A stretch of DNA of 62,443 nt, counting the filler. It is 5 parts of 5 records of this genome, joined end to end, with 100 filler letters (N's around TTAATTAATTAA, not from the genome) between each part and the next. Parts side by side here need not be neighbours in the genome. Positions count along the whole stretch, not along the records: positions 57,288 to 62,443 come from SRR16203515_2466; 4 more parts are not named here. One strand, 5' to 3'. This document shows, piece by piece, positions 57,408 to 62,443 of the stretch. Every line of letters begins with the position of its first letter. Position 1 is the first letter of the stretch. Both the position numbers and the translations under genes were made by a program. The notes under the pieces were generated by a model. That model did no database searches. It was not told the DNA's origin and saw only the letters and a list, made by a program, of their open reading frames with translations.

Positions 57408-57929
57408 ATGAAATGTAGAGCGATGGTGATGCTGTTAGGGATGTTTTTAACATCTAATGTTTTGGCAAATTGCTCGACGGAAAATCTATCCTCCCTTGAC
57501 CGCTTCTTGTCACAAAAAGGCTTTAGTAAATTTTGTTATCAGAAATTGTCGAGTCAACACGCAATCGTCAACGTCTCCATTAATGGTAAACAATCACACT
57601 TTGTTTTAGATAGCGGTGCTAGTGTTAGTGTTGTTAACAATGATGAGCTAATAAAGTTTAGATTGATCCCCACATCGCAAATTGATAACGCTCAAGCAAC
57701 TGGCTTAGGCGGTAATGTTAATGCGCAATCATTTAACGTTGATAGTTTAAAAATTCAAAATTTTAAAACCAACACCACGCATATCTTTGCGATGGACCTT
57801 TCTCATGTTGTTAATGCACTTAATAGCATTTCGTCTGTGCCTATTGCTGGCGTGATCGGCCAAGATATTCTCGTTGCTCATGAAGCAATTATCGATATTG
57901 CATCTAATACGCTCTATTTAAAGCCATAG
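57408..57929 (+). CDS. Secreted retropepsin-like aspartyl protease
   Basis: Signal peptide; FVLDSGAS catalytic motif; ATGLGG flap; GVIGQD. Confidence 0.82.
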   Translation: MKCRAMVMLLGMFLTSNVLANCSTENLSSLDRFLSQKGFSKFCYQKLSSQHAIVNVSINGKQSHFVLDSGASVSVVNNDELIKFRLIPTSQIDNAQATGLGGNVNAQSFNVDSLKIQNFKTNTTHIFAMDLSHVVNALNSISSVPIAGVIGQDILVAHEAIIDIASNTLYLKP

Positions 57930-57974
57930 CTTTGTCAAAGAAAGCTCTTCTTAAGTAAAAACGGCATTTCCCAT

Positions 57975-58001
57975 AAAAAAACGGCGCTTAATGCGCCGTT
58001 T
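57975..58001 (-). terminator. Intrinsic terminator of metG
   Basis: ACGGCGC/GCGCCGT stem with T7 on the minus strand. Confidence 0.8.
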
Positions 58002-58021
58002 GTATGTGATAAGTCTTAAAG

Positions 58022-60052
58022 TTACTTTACACGCATTCCCGGTTGAGCGCCGTCATCAGGGTTTAGGATCCACAGCTCTTCACCACCAGGGCCTGCTGCT
58101 AATACCATGCCTTCTGACATGCCAAAACGCATCTTACGTGGTGCAAGGTTTGCCACCATTACCGTCAGCTTACCTTCAATATCTTCAGGCTGATAAGCCG
58201 ATTTAATACCCGCAAAAACTTGCTTGGTATCACCGCCTAAATCTAACTCTAAACGCAGCAGTTTATCAGCGCCTTTAACGTGATCTGCTTTTGCAATGCG
58301 GGCAATACGAAGGTCTATCTTCGCGAAATCATCAAAACTAATTTCTGGTGAAATAGGATCTTTAGCCAACGGTGAATTAGGATCAAGTGGCGCTTTTAAT
58401 GGCTCTAGATTTTCTTTTGAATCATCAACCATAGCTTCCACATGTTTCATATCAACACGCTGCATCATCGCTTTAAACTTATTGATACCATGATCTGTTA
58501 ATGGGGTATTGACGCTATCCCATGTGAGCTCAACATTTAAAAATGCTTCTACTTGCTCGGCAAGGCTTGGCACGATAGGTTTTAAGTAAGTGATAAGTAC
58601 CTTGAACAAGTTAATACCGACACTACAGATGTTTTGTACGTCATCTAACTTGCTTTCATCTTTAACCAATTGCCACGGTTCTTTGTCGGCAATGTATTGG
58701 TTAGCTTTATCGGCGAGCGCCATAATTTGACGTACGGCTTTAGCAAAATCTCGTTGCTCATAACACTGAGCAATGTCGTCTTGCACACCAATAAACTCAT
58801 CCATTAACGCTTGTTCAGATACTGTTGCTGCAAGTTTGCCGTCAAACTTCTTGGTGATGAACCCTGCACAACGGCTGGCGATGTTAATCACTTTGCCAAC
58901 CATGTCAGAGTTCACGCGTTGGGCAAAGTCTTCAAGGTTTAAATCTAAGTCATCGATACGGCTTGTTAATTTAGCGCCGTAGTAATAACGTAAATATTCA
59001 GGATTTAAGTGTTCTAAATAAGTACGGGCTTTGATGAAAGTACCTTTAGATTTAGACATCTTTGCGCCGTTTACGGTAACAAAGCCGTGAGCATACACTG
59101 ACGTTGGTTTTCTTAAGCCGGCACCTTCTAACATCGCAGGCCAGAATAGACTGTGGAAATAAATGATGTCTTTACCGATGAAGTGATATAACTCGGCAGT
59201 TGAATCTTTATTCCAAAACGCATCAAAGTCTATGTCAGGGTTCTTGTCACACAGATTTTTAAAGCTACCGATGTAACCGATCGGTGCATCTAACCAGACG
59301 TAGAAGAACTTATCAGTCGTTCCCGGAATGTTGAAACCAAAATAAGGCGCATCACGGCTGATGTCCCAATTTTTAAGGCCATCTTCAAACCATTCTGCTA
59401 ATTTGTTCGCCATTTCTTCTTGTAATGAACCGCTGCGAGTCCATTCTTTTAACATGGCCTCAAATTTTGGTAATTCAAAGAAGTAATGTTCACTTTCTTT
59501 TAACACTGGTGTTGCGCCTGATACCACAGAGCGTGGATTTTTTAGCTCTACTGGGCTGTACGTCGCACCACAGCTGTCACAGTTATCACCATTTTGGTCT
59601 TCACTACCGCAAGTTGGGCAATCACCTTTAACAAAACGATCTGGTAGGAACATTTCTTTTTCAGGATCAAATAACTGTTCAATGGTCTTGGTCGAGATAT
59701 AGCCGTTATCATTTAAGCTGTTATAGATAGTTTCAGCAAAGTGACGATTCTCTTCGCTATGCGTCGAGTGAAAATTATCAAATTTAACGCCGAAATCTTT
59801 AAAATCAGCTTGATGCTCAACATTAACCTGATTAATCATCTCTTCTGGCGTGATACCAAGTTGCTGTGCTTTAAGCATAATTGGCGTACCGTGGGCGTCA
59901 TCTGCACAAACATAATGACATTCATGGCCACGTAGTTTTTGAAAGCGAACCCAGATATCTGTCTGAATATATTCAAGCATATGCCCTAAATGGATTGGGC
60001 CATTGGCATAGGGAAGTGCACTAGTCACTAGTATTTGTCGTTTTGCAGTCAC
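58022..60052 (-). CDS. metG: Methionine-tRNA ligase
   Basis: [13 protein letters not shown], zinc knuckles CPTC/CDSC, KMSKS, C-terminal tRNA-binding domain; GTG 60052 preferred over TTG 60073. Confidence 0.97.
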   Translation of the reverse strand: MTAKRQILVTSALPYANGPIHLGHMLEYIQTDIWVRFQKLRGHECHYVCADDAHGTPIMLKAQQLGITPEEMINQVNVEHQADFKDFGVKFDNFHSTHSEENRHFAETIYNSLNDNGYISTKTIEQLFDPEKEMFLPDRFVKGDCPTCGSEDQNGDNCDSCGATYSPVELKNPRSVVSGATPVLKESEHYFFELPKFEAMLKEWTRSGSLQEEMANKLAEWFEDGLKNWDISRDAPYFGFNIPGTTDKFFYVWLDAPIGYIGSFKNLCDKNPDIDFDAFWNKDSTAELYHFIGKDIIYFHSLFWPAMLEGAGLRKPTSVYAHGFVTVNGAKMSKSKGTFIKARTYLEHLNPEYLRYYYGAKLTSRIDDLDLNLEDFAQRVNSDMVGKVINIASRCAGFITKKFDGKLAATVSEQALMDEFIGVQDDIAQCYEQRDFAKAVRQIMALADKANQYIADKEPWQLVKDESKLDDVQNICSVGINLFKVLITYLKPIVPSLAEQVEAFLNVELTWDSVNTPLTDHGINKFKAMMQRVDMKHVEAMVDDSKENLEPLKAPLDPNSPLAKDPISPEISFDDFAKIDLRIARIAKADHVKGADKLLRLELDLGGDTKQVFAGIKSAYQPEDIEGKLTVMVANLAPRKMRFGMSEGMVLAAGPGGEELWILNPDDGAQPGMRVK

Positions 60053-60297
60053 GTTGTAAATCGCCTTTTTCAAATAGAAAACGCCATGATGGTTGTATAG
60101 ATTTGAACATTGTGAGCAAGGTCGCTGATTTAAGCGTGATTTGCTGCTTCTTTATACAAACGCATTATGAGGCGTGGAAATGGCGCCAATAATACCTTAG
60201 TTAACTGCCAAATTCATCAACAAATTAGCCTCGTTATATATCGAAAAGTTAATGATTTTTCGGTACAATAGCGCGAAATTTTTAGATGACAGGTTAA

Positions 60298-61392
60298 ATG
60301 CAAATGGGGCTTTTCTCCAATAATGATAAATCGCTAGTGTTGACGCTTCAATCGTTGATGAAAAAAGCGACTTTTCCTAATAGTGCATCACCGTTGTTAT
60401 CCTTGATCAATTTAGATCGTGCCCGATTAAAGAAGGGCATCCTCGAGTTAGACATTAGTGCAGAAATTCCATGTGCTCACCAACAAGGTGAGTTTGTCGA
60501 CTATTTTAGCGAATTATTTCACGGCGCAGCTGACTTTACTGACATCGATTTAACGATTGATATTGATATTAAGCGTGTTAATCACAGCGAAAAACTTACC
60601 CAAGTTAAGCAAATTATTATGGTTGCTTCAGGCAAAGGCGGCGTTGGCAAATCGACCACATCAGTTAATCTTGCACTAGCACTCGCGCACGGTGGGGCTA
60701 AAGTGGGGCTGCTCGATGCAGATATCTATGGCCCATCGTTGCCGACAATGGTGGGTGCTGTGCAAGCGAAACCAGTCTCAAAGGACGGAAAATTGTTAGA
60801 TCCTGTGATAGCTCATGGTTTAAATACAATGTCCTTAGGATTTCTTGTCGATGAAAATGATGCCACCGTTTGGCGTGGACCGATGGCGTCACGTGCCTTA
60901 GGGCAACTTATTTATGAAACGCAGTGGCCAACGCTTGATTATCTTGTCGTTGATATGCCACCGGGTACTGGTGACATTCAACTGACGATGTCCAGTGACG
61001 TGCCTGTGAGCGGCGCTGTTGTTGTAACAACACCCCAAAATTTGGCTCTTAAGGATGCCCAAAAGGGCATTAGTATGTTCAATAAAGTTGATGTGCCGGT
61101 GATCGGTGTCATTGAAAACATGAGCTATCACGAATGCGATAATTGTGGTCATCACAGTCATCTTTTTGGCGAAGAAGGCGGCAGGGCATTAGCACAACGT
61201 GCCAAGGTCGAATTAGTTGGACACTTACCTTTATGTGGTGATATTGGCCACGACGTTGGTAACGGTCGTCCAACCCTCATATCACAACCAGATTCAAGTG
61301 CAGCGAAGGCCTATTTAGCTATCGCCGTCCGTTGCGCCATTAATTTAAATAAAACAAACCAAAGTATTCCATCACTTATTATCGGAGAATAG
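60298..61392 (+). CDS. apbC: Fe-S cluster carrier ATPase ApbC/Mrp
   Basis: [39 protein letters not shown]; divergent from metG. Confidence 0.95.
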   Translation: MQMGLFSNNDKSLVLTLQSLMKKATFPNSASPLLSLINLDRARLKKGILELDISAEIPCAHQQGEFVDYFSELFHGAADFTDIDLTIDIDIKRVNHSEKLTQVKQIIMVASGKGGVGKSTTSVNLALALAHGGAKVGLLDADIYGPSLPTMVGAVQAKPVSKDGKLLDPVIAHGLNTMSLGFLVDENDATVWRGPMASRALGQLIYETQWPTLDYLVVDMPPGTGDIQLTMSSDVPVSGAVVVTTPQNLALKDAQKGISMFNKVDVPVIGVIENMSYHECDNCGHHSHLFGEEGGRALAQRAKVELVGHLPLCGDIGHDVGNGRPTLISQPDSSAAKAYLAIAVRCAINLNKTNQSIPSLIIGE

Positions 61393-61393
61393 T

Positions 61394-62026
61394 ATGAAAG
61401 ACTGTATTTTTATCGCCATTGTTGGCGCGTCGGCCTCTGGTAAGAGTTTATTGGCTCAAACTATCGTTAAAGAGTTAATTGATGAAGTGGGTAGTAATCA
61501 AATTGGTGTCATCAACGAAGATTACTATTACCGTAATCAAGACCATTTAAGTATGGAAGAGCGTGTAAAGACTAACTACGATCACCCGTCATCTCTTGAG
61601 CATGACTTATTGATGTCTCACCTTGAGGAGTTGCAAAATGGTAATACCGTTGAATTACCTCAATACTGCTACACCACCCATACTCGTTTGCCTGAAACGC
61701 TGAATATGGGCAACAAACGCGTGATCGTGCTGGAAGGTATTTTGTTACTCACAAATCCAGAATTACGTAAATTCTTCCACGCATCCATTTACATGGACGC
61801 GCCGTTAGATGTATGTTTAATGCGCCGTTTATCACGTGATGTTGAACAACGTGGCCGAACGATGGAGTCCGTATTACAGCAGTATAAAAACACGGTACGC
61901 CCAATGTTTTTACAATTTATTGAGCCGTCTAAGCAGTACGCTGACATTATCGTGCCACGTGGTGGTAAAAACCGCATCGCTATCGAAATGTTGAAATCAG
62001 ATATTCATCGTCTTTTAAATCGTTAA
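61394..62026 (+). CDS. udk: Uridine kinase
   Basis: [38 protein letters not shown]. Confidence 0.96.
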   Translation: MKDCIFIAIVGASASGKSLLAQTIVKELIDEVGSNQIGVINEDYYYRNQDHLSMEERVKTNYDHPSSLEHDLLMSHLEELQNGNTVELPQYCYTTHTRLPETLNMGNKRVIVLEGILLLTNPELRKFFHASIYMDAPLDVCLMRRLSRDVEQRGRTMESVLQQYKNTVRPMFLQFIEPSKQYADIIVPRGGKNRIAIEMLKSDIHRLLNR

Positions 62027-62047
62027 CCACCACAAGGAGCCAAGCGC

Positions 62048-62443
62048 ATGCGCTTAAGTGATGTAGAAATTAAGAGTTATCTCGCGCAAGAAAAGATTGT
62101 GATCGCGCCAGCGCCAGATCCTGAAAGTATCAGCGGTGTCACTGTTGATGTTCGACTAGGTAACAAATTTCGTGTCTTTGAAGGTCACAATGCGCCGTTT
62201 ATTGATATTAGTGGCCCGAAAGCCGCAGTTCAAGATGCACTCGATAGTGTGATGAGCGATGAGATCATTCTTGAAGGTGACCAACCGTTTATTTTACACC
62301 CTGGTGAATTGGCACTGGCGATGACGTTAGAGTCTGTCACATTGCCGGATGATATTGTTGGCTGGTTAGATGGACGTTCATCGCTAGCGCGATTAGGATT
62401 AATGGTTCACGTGACTGCTCATCGTATTGATCCTGGTTGGTCT
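62048..62443 (+). CDS. dcd: dCTP deaminase, truncated by the window end
   Basis: Not in the ORF track. MRLSD...[10 protein letters not shown]...LHPGELAL...[36 protein letters not shown]; follows udk. Confidence 0.95.
   Translation, partial: MRLSDVEIKSYLAQEKIVIAPAPDPESISGVTVDVRLGNKFRVFEGHNAPFIDISGPKAAVQDALDSVMSDEIILEGDQPFILHPGELALAMTLESVTLPDDIVGWLDGRSSLARLGLMVHVTAHRIDPGWS

Noticed and set aside
1-62443. CRISPR arrays, tRNA, rRNA, IS/transposases, defence systems
   Set aside because: No repeat-spacer periodicity, tRNA arms, rRNA-like tract or recognisable cas/transposase/defence protein seen by eye; a covariance search could still find small RNAs

Overview
This window is not one locus. It is five unrelated contigs joined by artificial 100-nt N/TTAATTAATTAA/N linkers (31494-31593, 39961-40060, 47822-47921, 57188-57287). 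(1) 1-31493: chromosome of a marine gammaproteobacterium (Alteromonadales, Colwellia/Thalassotalea-like by inference). It carries ybiT, an RND/MFP + two-component system + MlaA-like module (the RND gene has an in-frame TAA), argO/argP, two chemoreceptors, a Tat-exported IorAB-type molybdoenzyme operon, and an arsP-arsR-chrA-cytochrome c-multicopper oxidase cluster. (2) 31594-39960: Alteromonas-like chromosome with a hybrid kinase, ygfA, rpiA, serA, two DUF481 barrels, HDOD, DUF1289, SIMPL and an RND fragment, plus an unannotated run of GGA-loop hairpins ahead of serA. (3) 40061-47821: a very AT-rich, divergent contig encoding a fibrinogen-like protein, an acyl-CoA ligase, DsbA, a PilZ protein, DsbC, a RusA-like nuclease and a PilB/GspE homologue with degenerate catalytic motifs; this is a candidate large extrachromosomal element. 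(4) 47922-57187: virion module of a T7-like cyanopodovirus (P-SSP7-like capsid, tail tube A/B, internal core proteins). (5) 57288-62443: gammaproteobacterial chromosome with a retropepsin-like protease, metG, apbC/mrp, udk and dcd. All calls come from reading motifs by eye and remembered family signatures; no database searches were run. Best leads: the AT-rich contig with its pseudo-ATPase, the CsrA-type RNA ahead of serA, and the three-site direct-repeat regulon around the RND/MlaA module.
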